Part shown: positions 1 to 9,092 of the stretch, one piece after another
Numbering within the stretch: position 1 is the stretch's first letter
How the letters are laid out: every line of letters starts with the position of its first letter
Source: Desulfotalea psychrophila LSv54
GTDB lineage: Bacteria > Desulfobacterota > Desulfobulbia > Desulfobulbales > Desulfocapsaceae
Reading direction: 5' to 3'
Assembly: GCF_000025945.1 (NCBI RefSeq)
Contig: NC_006138.1
Location: forward strand, 2,550,001-2,582,000
Length of the DNA stretch: 32,000 nt
Notes under the pieces: generated by a model
Database searches by the model: none
Seen by the model: the letters and a program-made list of their open reading frames with translations, nothing else
Told to the model about the DNA's origin: nothing
Made by a program: the position numbers and the translations under genes

Positions 1-662
1 AGGCCCTTATTTGGGACAGAGATGGTCTCAGTCTCTGCAGTATATCTGCAAAGGATGGTTCTCATGCTAAATTACTCTATATCGATTTTATGGGTGGTAA
101 AAATGGCTATCGGCATGCAAACGACTGCACCACAAGGCAACCAATTGCCAAGGCTGTTGGCATCAAGCCCGGTTTTCGCCCCACTGTTTTTGATGCAACT
201 GCGGGGATGGGAGGAGATGGTTTTGTTCTTGCCTGCCTCGGTTGCAGGGTCACCCTCTGCGAGAGATCGCCCATAATGTATACCCTCTTGCAAGACGGTA
301 TTGAGCGGGCCAGACAGGATAGTGTTATGAATAAGATCATGGCAAACCTTGATCTTATTCATAACAACAGCAAGCAGTTCCTAGAAAACCATGGAACGAA
401 TTACCACACCATCTATATGGATCCCATGTACCCCCATAAAAAAAAATCGGCTCTTAATAAAAAAGAGATGCGGGTTATACGTGATCTTGTCGGTGATGAT
501 AATGACAGTGATAATCTACTGGAGACGGCGCTCACTGTTGCTGGGAACCGAGTGGTAGTCAAGCGTCCCAAAGGAGCGCCCTACATAGAAGAGAGAAAAC
601 CACACCATGAAATAACCATGAAAAACAGCAGATTTGATGTCTACTTAACCTCCTACTTATGA
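1..662 (+). CDS. rsmJ: 16S rRNA (guanine1516-N2)-methyltransferase RsmJ, 5' end cut by window edge
   Basis: The frame is open from nt 3, with no stop before the track's ATG at 90. QPIAKAVGIK, DATAGMGGDGFVLA (SAM loop), MDPMYPHKKKSALNKKEMR and VVVKRP match E. coli RsmJ/YhiQ as I recall it. Stop TGA at 660-662. Confidence 0.9.
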   Translation, partial: ALIWDRDGLSLCSISAKDGSHAKLLYIDFMGGKNGYRHANDCTTRQPIAKAVGIKPGFRPTVFDATAGMGGDGFVLACLGCRVTLCERSPIMYTLLQDGIERARQDSVMNKIMANLDLIHNNSKQFLENHGTNYHTIYMDPMYPHKKKSALNKKEMRVIRDLVGDDNDSDNLLETALTVAGNRVVVKRPKGAPYIEERKPHHEITMKNSRFDVYLTSYL

Positions 663-1114
663 TATTTTTCGCCGGCCTTTATGGTGTAGGCCCTATAGAG
701 CTGCTCGACTAAGAGAAGACGAACCATATCGTGGGTAAAGGTCATTTTAGAAAAGGAGAGGCGCAGATCAGCCCTGGCAAGGAGACTGGGAGAAAGCCCT
801 AAGGGACCACCGATAAGGTAGCAGACACTTCTGGTCCCAGTATTTTCCCAATTAATCACCTGCTCAGCAAGTCCCTCGGAACTGAGATTCTTGCCCTGAA
901 CATCAAGGGCAACCACAAAGGCGTTGGCAGGAACATTCGCCAGCAACAGCTCCCCCTCCTGCTCTGTGCTGAGCAAAGCACCTTTTTTACCCTTGCCCTT
1001 AAGATAGCGAAGTTCCACTTTAGTATAATGCTGCAAACGCTTCAAATATTCCTCTACGCCTTCGGCAATAAAAGAGTCCTTTATCTTACCGAGTAAGAGT
1101 ATTTCGTGTTTCAT
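653..1114 (-). CDS. rlmH: 23S rRNA (pseudouridine1915-N3)-methyltransferase RlmH (SPOUT family)
   Basis: 153 aa. LIGGPLGLS, the C-terminal LVEQLYRAYTI..GEKYHK and the overall length match RlmH/YbeA. The 3' end overlaps the rsmJ 3' end by 10 nt (convergent). Confidence 0.92.
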   Translation of the reverse strand: MKHEILLLGKIKDSFIAEGVEEYLKRLQHYTKVELRYLKGKGKKGALLSTEQEGELLLANVPANAFVVALDVQGKNLSSEGLAEQVINWENTGTRSVCYLIGGPLGLSPSLLARADLRLSFSKMTFTHDMVRLLLVEQLYRAYTIKAGEKYHK

Positions 1115-1168
1115 AATTTTATTGTGATCTGAGAAAATAAGGCTATAAAAAAGCTAGATAGACAGTAG

Positions 1169-1558
1169 CTAGTTGGAAACAGAGGCAAGGTACTGGCGCA
1201 GCAGACCTGAAAAATCCGCATAGGAGTACTCTTTGTTAAGACCTGGACAAGACTCAGCGATGGTTATAAAATTTGCCTCATCGACAAGAATAGCTGGGTG
1301 CAAAGGCCATTGACGACATCTCCAAGGACGTCCCTCATGCACCTCACAGCCCTCTGAGCTAAAAAAAATACAGTGTCCATCAACTGTTTTCATTTGTACC
1401 TCACCAGCAGTCACACGCAGAAAACGTTCAAACATCTCTGAGCGTGATATACCAAGGGCACTCTGCATCCTTTCCTGGTCATCCTTATCAAGGGATACCG
1501 TAGACTCCCCCTGACAACAAAAGCCACATCTGGCGCATGCAAATATTTCTTCTCGCAA
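1169..1558 (-). CDS. YkgJ-family (UPF0153) zinc/iron-chelating Cys-cluster protein
   Basis: 129 aa with the N-terminal CARCGFCC (CxxCxxCC) signature and further Cys/His residues. The only in-frame start is TTG at 1558, preceded by GGGGTGAG. Confidence 0.7.
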   Translation of the reverse strand: MREEIFACARCGFCCQGESTVSLDKDDQERMQSALGISRSEMFERFLRVTAGEVQMKTVDGHCIFFSSEGCEVHEGRPWRCRQWPLHPAILVDEANFITIAESCPGLNKEYSYADFSGLLRQYLASVSN

Positions 1559-1630
1559 AGCTACTCACCCCACTATTTGATTTTTACTGAAGAACTCTTC
1601 ATTAAACAGCAGGCTATCCTACACTAAAAA

Positions 1631-2203
1631 TCAAGCATACCCAAGATTTTCATTAAAGGTGGTAATATCTATGCCATAGTAGGCGGCGGCAGCCTTCCAT
1701 TTTTCTCCGTCTGGCAAATCAAATATCACCTGTTCATCACCCGGCACAACAAGCCAGCTATTATCCCGTAACTCCAACTCCAACTGCCCGGATTCCCAGC
1801 CGACATAACCGACCAAGAAGAGATAATTGCGGGAACTGTTCTCCCCTACAACCAATTCGAGTAACTCTTTTTCTCGACTGAGGGAAATATTATCGGTGAT
1901 ATCTATGTGATTACCCTCATAGGGATGGGATCGATAGAGAACAAAGGCAGCATCGAGGGAAACAGGTCCGCCAATATAAACGGAGGGAAGCTCTGCCCTG
2001 GAAACCTCCATACCCATTTCCCGCAAAACCTGGGCAAAGCTGAGATTACAATCTGGTTTATTTATAACAAGGCCCAAGGCCCCATTGCTGTTATGAGAAC
2101 AGACATAGACCACCTGTCCCGCAAAACGAGAATCGGGCATCTGTAGAGTCGAAACAAGAAAATAGCCGGCAAGACTATTGGTGCTTTTGATAGTATTTCT
2201 CAT
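1631..2203 (-). CDS. yqgE: YqgE/AlgH family (UPF0301) protein
   Basis: 190 aa. The run FLVSTLQMPDSRFAGQVVYVCSHNSNGALGLVINKP is colinear with the E. coli YqgE N-terminus, and GYVGWESGQLELEL matches the conserved GYAGW..GQLE block. Confidence 0.88.
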   Translation of the reverse strand: MRNTIKSTNSLAGYFLVSTLQMPDSRFAGQVVYVCSHNSNGALGLVINKPDCNLSFAQVLREMGMEVSRAELPSVYIGGPVSLDAAFVLYRSHPYEGNHIDITDNISLSREKELLELVVGENSSRNYLFLVGYVGWESGQLELELRDNSWLVVPGDEQVIFDLPDGEKWKAAAAYYGIDITTFNENLGYA

Positions 2204-2337
2204 AATAACCTGTAGGTGAATTTACTAAAACTTTTGGGTCATACTATCAAATTTCTCTTGGCATGGTCAAGCGGTAGCGTGCAATCACTGCCAAACATGG
2301 AGGGCAGAAGAAGAGGCATGTGAAAAATATTAAACAA

Positions 2338-3150
2338 CTATTTCGGAACCTTCGGCGGAGCAAGATTATCGGGGGCATCGGCAGGAAGAAGAGATGTGCC
2401 ATACTTCTCAACCTGATAGTATTCATGTAATTTTGCATATTTAAGAAATGCATAATGCGCCATAATAACAGAACCAATAAATCCAGCACTGCCATTGAGA
2501 AAACCACGCTTAAAAACATAGGACTGCAAAAAAGTCCAAGCAGGATAAAAGAGACACATTAAAAGGGGATGCTTCTTACCCTTTGCAACTTTCTCCTCCA
2601 CCATTCCCGAAGAGTAGGCATTTATCCTTGCCTCCTTAGCATGAATATTCACCTCGCCATAGTGATAAAATGGATGGCGCATCTGCCCCACCGTGCCATG
2701 AACCTCAGGATCTGCATGCACGGCATCATCACTTAGGGCACCGGCAAGTCTGCGAAAAAGCCTTAACTGGTAGTTAAAACCGGAATATGGACTGCTCATT
2801 ACCCAAAAAAGTTGCTCCTGACGAGGCAATTTATAACCATCATGGCCTGACTCAGTGGTGAGCATCCCCTGAATTTCTTTTGCCAATGCCGGAGTAACCT
2901 CCTCATCTGCATCGAGGAGCAATGCCCATTCACAGCTTATTTTTTCCAGGGCAGATTGCTTCTGTGGACCATATCCTAAAAATTCATGCTGAAATATTTT
3001 TGCCCCATAGGACTCCGCTATCGACACGGTGCTATCGGTACTGTACGAATCAAGAACAACAATTTCATCAGCCCACTGCACACTCTTCAGACAATTTGCC
3101 AACGTTTTTTCATTATTAAAAGTTGTTACAAAAGCAGATATTGTTTTCAT
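2338..3150 (-). CDS. Family 2 glycosyltransferase, WaaE/KdtX-like (LPS core type)
   Basis: 270 aa. The N-terminal ISAFVTTFNNEKTLANCLKSVQWADEIVVLDSYSTDSTV...LLLDADEEV shows the GT-A fold DxD pattern typical of WaaE/KdtX-like enzymes. Confidence 0.82.
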   Translation of the reverse strand: MKTISAFVTTFNNEKTLANCLKSVQWADEIVVLDSYSTDSTVSIAESYGAKIFQHEFLGYGPQKQSALEKISCEWALLLDADEEVTPALAKEIQGMLTTESGHDGYKLPRQEQLFWVMSSPYSGFNYQLRLFRRLAGALSDDAVHADPEVHGTVGQMRHPFYHYGEVNIHAKEARINAYSSGMVEEKVAKGKKHPLLMCLFYPAWTFLQSYVFKRGFLNGSAGFIGSVIMAHYAFLKYAKLHEYYQVEKYGTSLLPADAPDNLAPPKVPK

Positions 3151-3507
3151 TTTTTTGTTAAAAAATTTTGAAGGGAAACGATTAGATGAAGCCTTCCTCT
3201 ATTGACTCCAACGGGAAAACAGATGAACAGTCAGGCAGATAAACTCCAGCAAAGAGGCTCTCCCTTTTAAGAGTTCAAATCTACCTAAAAAATATTTTTA
3301 ACACAACTTCTTTAACCCCCAAAAAAAGAGAATAAGGGCAAGCTCATCCCAGATTTTTAAGGGGTAAAAATGTACCGCCAAGACTGCAAACATGTTATAT
3401 TTAGCTATTTATAATCAAACTCAGAAAAAGTCTCTGATCCTAGCATGGAAATATGTTTAACCATAAGATACTCAACTCCGTGCCTTTCGCATAACAACAG
3501 ATAAAAC

Positions 3508-4563
3508 ATGAAAATACTTATAACAGGCGGTGCGGGCTTTATTGGGTCGGCAGTTATACGCCATATTATTCAAAACACCAATGACAGTGTTATAAATCTT
3601 TGACAACTCACCTATGCCGGCAACCTAGAATCTCTCAGCGAGATAGAGAAAAGCCCTCGCTACTCCTTTGCCCAGGTTGACATATGAGAAGCCACCTCGC
3701 TGAACGATCTCTTTACAAAAACACAGCCTGATGCGGTGATGCACCTTGCCGCCGAGAGTCATGTGGACAGATCCATTGATGGACCAAAAGATTTTATTGA
3801 AACCAATATTGTCGGGACCTGCAACCTCTTAGAGGCGACACGACAGCATTGGCTGACACTGGCAATAGCCGATCGGAATAAATTTCGTTTTCACCATATC
3901 TCCACCGATGAAGTTTATGGGGACCTGAAAAAAGATGATCCCGCCTTCTGTGAAGATAACTCCTATGCGCCCAGCAGCCCCTATTCGGCCTCCAAGGCCT
4001 CAAGTGATCATCTGGTCCGTGCCTGGCATCGCACCTACGGGCTCCCAGTTGTAATCAGTAACTGTTCAAACAACTACGGACCATTTCAGTTCCCTGAAAA
4101 GCTCATCCCTCTGGTTATACTCAATGCCCTGGAGGGAAAGAAAATTCCTGTCTATGGCACCGGAGAACAGATTCGTGACTGGCTCTATGTGGAGGATCAC
4201 GCTCGGGCTCTCTATGCCGTCCTCAGCAGGGGAAAAGTAGGGGATACCTACAATATTGGTGGTCATAATGAAAAAACTAATATTGAGGTCATAGAGACCA
4301 TCTGTCAACTTTTACAGGAAATAATCCCAGGTAAATCTTCGAATTATTTGGATCTTATCTCTCATGTAGAGGACCGGCCAGGCCATGATCTCCGCTATGC
4401 CATCGATGCAACTAAAATCAGCACGGATTTAGACTGGCGCCCCCAGGAAACCTTTGAAACAGGTCTACGCAAGACCGTAACCTGGTACGTAAATAATAAA
4501 AAATGGTGGATGCGAGTTCTTGATGGATCCTATAATCGCAATCGTCTTGGCCTAAAAGGTTAA
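3508..4563 (+). pseudogene. rfbB: dTDP-glucose 4,6-dehydratase RfbB/RmlB, interrupted as sequenced by two in-frame TGA codons (3601-3603, 3685-3687)
   Basis: Translation from ATG 3508 gives [20 protein letters not shown]...INL*QLTYAGNLESL...QVDI*EA...[18 protein letters not shown]. This runs in frame into the track ORF 3736-4563 ([20 protein letters not shown]). It is colinear with enterobacterial RfbB over about 351 codons. Confidence 0.88.
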
Positions 4564-4567
4564 CTTT

Positions 4568-5476
4568 ATGAAAGGTATTATTCTTGCCGGAGGCTCGGGG
4601 ACACGACTGCACCCCATCACCCGAGGTGTCTCCAAACAGCTACTGCCGGTTTATGATAAGCCGATGATCTACTACCCGCTCTCAACCCTTATGTTAGCAG
4701 GTATCCGTGAGGTATTGATTATTACCACCCCCGAAGACAATGCCAACTTCAGGCGTCTTCTGGGCAGCGGCGAACAGTTAGGGATAAGCATTCAATATGC
4801 AATACAGCCAAGCCCGGATGGTTTAGCTCAGGCCTTCATCATAGGTGAAGAGTTCATCAATAAGGAGAGGTGTTGCCTTATTCTGGGTGATAATATCTTC
4901 TATGGGCAATCATTTACCCGCACCCTGCAGCAGGCAATGAATCGCCCCCATGGTGCGACCATATTCAGTTACCACGTCAAAGATCCACAACGTTTTGGCG
5001 TCGTCGATTTTGACCAAAATTTCCAAGCCCTCTCTATTGAAGAGAAACCCGCCAAGCCAAAGTCCAGCTGGGCTGTGACAGGACTCTATTTTTACGATGA
5101 GCGAGTGGTGGATTTTGCAAAACAGATAAGCCCATCCTCTCGTGGCGAATTGGAGATAACCTGCCTCAACCAAATGTACTTAAAAGACCAGTCCCTTTAT
5201 GTCGAATTACTTGGACGAGGATTTGCCTGGCTCGACACGGGAACCCACGAGAGCCTGCAACAGGCATCATCCTTTGTCCAGACCATTGAAAATGTTCAAG
5301 GAAAACAGGTGGCCTGCCTCGAAGAAATTGCCTGGAACAATGGTTGGATAAGCGACGACCAGATGCTTCATCTTGCACAACCGATGCTAAAAAACGATTA
5401 TGGCAAATATCTACAGTCTCTGGTCACTGAAAAAAATCTGCGTCGTACCTTAAACTCTGGGAAAAAGGAACTGTAA
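4568..5476 (+). CDS. rfbA: Glucose-1-phosphate thymidylyltransferase RfbA/RmlA
   Basis: 302 aa. [36 protein letters not shown] is the canonical RmlA N-terminus. The stop overlaps the rfbD start (TAATG). Confidence 0.95.
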   Translation: MKGIILAGGSGTRLHPITRGVSKQLLPVYDKPMIYYPLSTLMLAGIREVLIITTPEDNANFRRLLGSGEQLGISIQYAIQPSPDGLAQAFIIGEEFINKERCCLILGDNIFYGQSFTRTLQQAMNRPHGATIFSYHVKDPQRFGVVDFDQNFQALSIEEKPAKPKSSWAVTGLYFYDERVVDFAKQISPSSRGELEITCLNQMYLKDQSLYVELLGRGFAWLDTGTHESLQQASSFVQTIENVQGKQVACLEEIAWNNGWISDDQMLHLAQPMLKNDYGKYLQSLVTEKNLRRTLNSGKKEL

Positions 5477-6372
5477 TGAGGATACTGGTAACAGGAAGCG
5501 GGGGCCAGGTGGGCAAATGCCTCTGCCGGCAGCTGAGCGGAAAGGTTGAGCTGCTGACAACCAATCGATCTGAGTTGGATATCACCTGCCAGAAGGCCGT
5601 TCTAAAAACCGTGACCGGTTTTCAGCCGGACATCATCATCAACGCCACGGGTTATACGGCCGTTGACTTAGCCGAGGAAAATTCTGAAGAGGCATACAGG
5701 GTCAATCAGGACGGAGCAAAATTTCTTGGTCAGGCGGCAACGGCAGTAGGCGCTGCCCTCCTGCACATCTCAACGGACTATGTCTTTTCCGGTGAGAAAA
5801 GCAGAGATGAGAGCTATAGCGAAGGGGAAGAACCAGGGCCCCTTGGCGTATATGGCAAAAGCAAACTCGCAGGTGAGAAGGCCGTAGCTAATACTTGCAA
5901 GAGGCACATCATACTGCGTACCTCTTGGGTTTTCTCAGAATACGGGAGGAATTTTGTCAAAACAATGATAGCCCTTGGCCAAAAACACGACTCTCTCAGT
6001 ATCGTCTCTGACCAATATGGTGGCCCAACCTACGCCGGAGACATTGCCTCAGCCCTGATCACTATTGCCGAAAAAATATCAGATGAAAATTTCTGCCAGT
6101 GGGGTCTCTACCACTTCGCTGGGCAGCCCTTTATGAACTGGTCAGGTTTTGCCAAGGTAATTTTTTCCGAAGCTGAAAGAGAGAACCTACTGCCTGCAGA
6201 ACCTGTGATAAATAATGTCAGCTCAGAGCAATACCCCAGCCTTGCGAAAAGACCCGGAAACTCTCAGCTCGACACCAGCAAACTGACAGCACAATTCGGT
6301 ATCTCTCCCTCTGATTGGCAGCAGGCCCTGAGAGAGATCATAAAATTCTTTGCCTCTAAAAAACAGATATGA
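5476..6372 (+). CDS. rfbD: dTDP-4-dehydrorhamnose reductase RfbD/RmlD
   Basis: 298 aa. Supported by [30 protein letters not shown] and its operon position between rfbA and rfbC. There is a 4-nt ATGA overlap with rfbC. Confidence 0.92.
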   Translation: MRILVTGSGGQVGKCLCRQLSGKVELLTTNRSELDITCQKAVLKTVTGFQPDIIINATGYTAVDLAEENSEEAYRVNQDGAKFLGQAATAVGAALLHISTDYVFSGEKSRDESYSEGEEPGPLGVYGKSKLAGEKAVANTCKRHIILRTSWVFSEYGRNFVKTMIALGQKHDSLSIVSDQYGGPTYAGDIASALITIAEKISDENFCQWGLYHFAGQPFMNWSGFAKVIFSEAERENLLPAEPVINNVSSEQYPSLAKRPGNSQLDTSKLTAQFGISPSDWQQALREIIKFFASKKQI

Positions 6373-6923
6373 ATATCATACAAACGAAGATCCCTGAACT
6401 TGTTATTATCGAGCCCAGAGTTTTTGCGGATGCCCGTGGCTTCTTTATGGAAACCTGGCAGCAGAAAAAATTTGATGAACTCATTGGGCCCCAGACCTTT
6501 GTTCAGGAAAATCACTCAAAATCAAGTGCCGGTATCCTGCGGGGCCTACACTATCAGGAAAAAAATACCCAAGGGAAACTGGTACGTATCGTTATCGGTG
6601 AGGTGTTTGATGTGGCCGTTGATATTCGTAAAGATTCTAATACGTTTGGCCAGTGGGTGGGAGTCCTGCTTTCTGCTGAAAACAAACGTCAATTCTGGAT
6701 TCCGAAGGGTTTTGCCCATGGATTCTATGTCATAAGCCAGGAGGCAGATTTTGTCTATAAATGCACCGACTACTATAATCCACAGGCCGAACGAACAATT
6801 CTTTGGAATGACCCCGACCTGGCAATAGATTGGCCTCTCAAGACTCCTCCCCAACTCTCCGAGAAAGATCAAAGCGGAATGCCCTTCAGCCAGATAAGTC
6901 CGCTCGATGTATCTCATGACTAA
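6369..6923 (+). CDS. rfbC: dTDP-4-dehydrorhamnose 3,5-epimerase RfbC/RmlC
   Basis: 184 aa. Supported by FADARGFFMETW, LRGLHYQ, GKLVRIVIGEVFDVAVDIR and PKGFAHGF (cupin RmlC motifs). Confidence 0.94.
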   Translation: MNIIQTKIPELVIIEPRVFADARGFFMETWQQKKFDELIGPQTFVQENHSKSSAGILRGLHYQEKNTQGKLVRIVIGEVFDVAVDIRKDSNTFGQWVGVLLSAENKRQFWIPKGFAHGFYVISQEADFVYKCTDYYNPQAERTILWNDPDLAIDWPLKTPPQLSEKDQSGMPFSQISPLDVSHD

Positions 6924-6939
6924 GGAGTAAAAAGCCTAC

Positions 6940-6984
6940 CAGGCAATGTGGCCCTAACGCTGATACCAGGGCTCCACTTGCCTG
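6940..6984. terminator. Hairpin between convergent rfbC and the GT4 gene
   Basis: CAGGCAAtGTGG (6940-6951) pairs with CCACTTGCCTG (6974-6984). An inner GCCCT/AGGGC pair adds to the stem. No clear U-tract on either side. Confidence 0.35.
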
Positions 6985-6998
6985 CCTGCAGGTAAAAT

Positions 6999-8129
6999 TT
7001 ACTTCACTATAGCATGGTAGAGTTCAATACTTTTATTGTACATAACATCTACTGTGAAGTTTTCCTCCACCCGAAGCCGCCCCAGAGCACCCCGACGTTC
7101 ACGTTCCTCCCGATCCTCCAAGGCTTCCTTGAGGGCCTGGCCCATGCCCTCACTATCAAGGGGAGGGACGAGCCAACCTGTTTTCCCCGGCTGAACAATC
7201 TCCAAACTACCACCATGAGCCGTTGCCACCACGGGCTTTGCCATGGCCATGGCCTCAATGGTCACCTTGCCAAAGGCTTCGGCATGCGTCGATGAGGCAG
7301 AAACAACAATATCACTGAGCTGAAAGGCCGCAGGCATATCCTTACAGTGACCGGCGAGAATAACCTTGCTGGCCAGACCATGACTCTTGATCTTCTCCTT
7401 AAGGGAGGCTGTATAGCTGTTTTCCGGGACATCACCAATACAGATGGCGAAAAAATTCAGGTCTTTAATCTTGGCTAGAGCATCAATAAATACATCCTGC
7501 CCCTTAAGTCGCGTCATCCGCCCGGCCAGAACAATAATAGGGACGCCTCTTTCCACAAGCCCCCAGGCACGAGCCAAATCAAGAACTCTCTGCTCCGGCA
7601 CCGCCTCCGGCGAAAATTGCTGCGTATCCACCCCACCATAGATAATATCTATTTTATCTGGATCAGTACCATAGCTCTCGATAATATGGTCTTTAATGCT
7701 CTTGGAGACAGCGACAACTCTCTCTCCTCTGGTCATTATCTTTGAATAGCAGTTCACCGAGTGAAAGCCGTGAAAGGTGGTCAAGATAGCCGGTCTTTTC
7801 ACCACAGGCAAAGACTTCCAGGCAAGCCAACCAACCCAGGCCGGCAGGCGGGAACGCAGATGCAAAACATCAACCTTCTCCGTCAACATCAGCCGGCGAA
7901 GCCTGGCAATATTAGGTAGACAACTAAAATTTTTGGACCCTATCCCCGGCCAGGAAAGATGTTCCACCCCGGCCGCAAGCAATCCTTCGACAAGACGTCC
8001 GCCGGTAGAAATGACAATAGATCGATAGCCACGCCGGGCAAGTTCAACGGCAAGATCAAAGGTTTCTCCTTCAACACCACCCTCTTCCATCTCTGGGACA
8101 ATCTGAACTATTGTTAATTTTTTTGACAC
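6999..8129 (-). CDS. Family 4 (group 1) glycosyltransferase, LPS/polysaccharide type
   Basis: GT-B pattern: EEGGVE...LA..L.RRGY near the N-terminus and the EAFGKVTIEAMAMAKPVVAT E-x7-E region near the C-terminus. I prefer the GTG start at 8129, which has GGAGA 5 nt upstream, over the track start at 8156. Confidence 0.85.
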   Translation of the reverse strand: MSKKLTIVQIVPEMEEGGVEGETFDLAVELARRGYRSIVISTGGRLVEGLLAAGVEHLSWPGIGSKNFSCLPNIARLRRLMLTEKVDVLHLRSRLPAWVGWLAWKSLPVVKRPAILTTFHGFHSVNCYSKIMTRGERVVAVSKSIKDHIIESYGTDPDKIDIIYGGVDTQQFSPEAVPEQRVLDLARAWGLVERGVPIIVLAGRMTRLKGQDVFIDALAKIKDLNFFAICIGDVPENSYTASLKEKIKSHGLASKVILAGHCKDMPAAFQLSDIVVSASSTHAEAFGKVTIEAMAMAKPVVATAHGGSLEIVQPGKTGWLVPPLDSEGMGQALKEALEDREERERRGALGRLRVEENFTVDVMYNKSIELYHAIVK

Positions 8130-9067
8130 AATTTCTCCATAATAAGTCCTGCACATCTCTTTGCTTCATTCAAAACAGTGATTCCCTCTTGCCAGCTATG
8201 CCCCGCCTGCCAGTCGGCAAAGGAGATCACATAATTTTCATCTAAAAGAAACTGTTCACTTTTCTGATACTTGCTCCCCTTTTTTTTCCATTCAACGGGC
8301 AGGAGTCCCACCTGACAACCAGCCGTTAGGGCCTCAAACACCATGGAAATAGAGTCCACCGTTACCCAAACAACGGAACTACAATTATACTGTTCCTCGA
8401 CCCAACCGGCCGGAGTATCTTTATAGTGAAAAAATTCTACCTGGGAAAATTTAGCGGCAAGACCTCTCAGATCGTCTACCGTTTCAGGCGGTGTACGTGG
8501 AGAGGATGAGATAACCCATTGCCTCTCATCCTGGCCAATAAGTTCTTCAATTTGCAGACAGAGCATTTTACTTTGCCAAAAATGACTCTTGAGATCAACT
8601 CCACCGACCAGGATAAGTCCTCTCTTCTGCTCATGACGTTTTTCATCCACGGAACAGTTTGCAGGCCCACAGGTACGTACTATCTGCGGGCCCGGGGCAG
8701 GTCGATCATGGCTCGGAACAAAGCAGAAATTAAAGTATCGCCGTAACCAGGATGCAGGCATCATACAACAGACTGAACTACCACCGCCTGCTCTCTGGGC
8801 CAGAAGAAGAGGAATATGAGTGCGCCGTCCTGTCCCGAGATAGAGATCTGTACAGGAAGAATCGTTTGCCGAACTCCCTCGGGCAAAAAGAAGAGTGAGG
8901 ACATCTTTGCAACCAGTCCACCACCCCCTGCCCCGCACGTCCACAGCAGTGCAATCTACCTCAACTCTTTCTCGCAGGGCATTAACAATACCCATGGTCT
9001 GTTTCTCGTGCCCGGGCCTGCCATCAAGAAAAATAGTTACCCTTATCTTCGCTCTAGTAGAACTCAT
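8114..9067 (-). CDS. ELM1/DUF1022-family protein (predicted glycosyltransferase-like)
   Basis: 317 aa. FLDGRPGHEKQ, SSSPRTP and VTVDSISMVFEALTAGCQV match the conserved blocks of the 'mitochondrial fission ELM1' bacterial family as I recall them. Confidence 0.7.
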   Translation of the reverse strand: MSSTRAKIRVTIFLDGRPGHEKQTMGIVNALRERVEVDCTAVDVRGRGWWTGCKDVLTLLFARGSSANDSSCTDLYLGTGRRTHIPLLLAQRAGGGSSVCCMMPASWLRRYFNFCFVPSHDRPAPGPQIVRTCGPANCSVDEKRHEQKRGLILVGGVDLKSHFWQSKMLCLQIEELIGQDERQWVISSSPRTPPETVDDLRGLAAKFSQVEFFHYKDTPAGWVEEQYNCSSVVWVTVDSISMVFEALTAGCQVGLLPVEWKKKGSKYQKSEQFLLDENYVISFADWQAGHSWQEGITVLNEAKRCAGLIMEKLCQKN

Positions 9068-9092
9068 TCAACAAATTACCTCTTTACCGAAC

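Noticed and set aside
3271-3285. GAGTTCAAATCTACC resembling a tRNA T-loop, as a possible tRNA gene or att remnant
   Set aside because: The flanking bases do not form a T-stem (only 2 of 5 pairs). No acceptor or anticodon arms can be drawn. No integrase or repeat partner is nearby.
3601-3687. The two TGA codons in rfbB as selenocysteine or a reassigned codon
   Set aside because: The first TGA aligns with an invariant Asp and is fully explained by two compensating 1-nt homopolymer changes. I see no convincing SECIS-like hairpin after either TGA. TGA also serves as a normal stop in this window (rsmJ, proC, rfbD).
8130-8156. Longer GT4 start at 8156 (MCRTYYGEI...)
   Set aside because: GTG 8129 is preceded by GGAGA at proper spacing and gives the usual short N-terminus before the first beta-strand (KLTIVQIVPE). 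The longer form would overlap the upstream gene by 43 nt.
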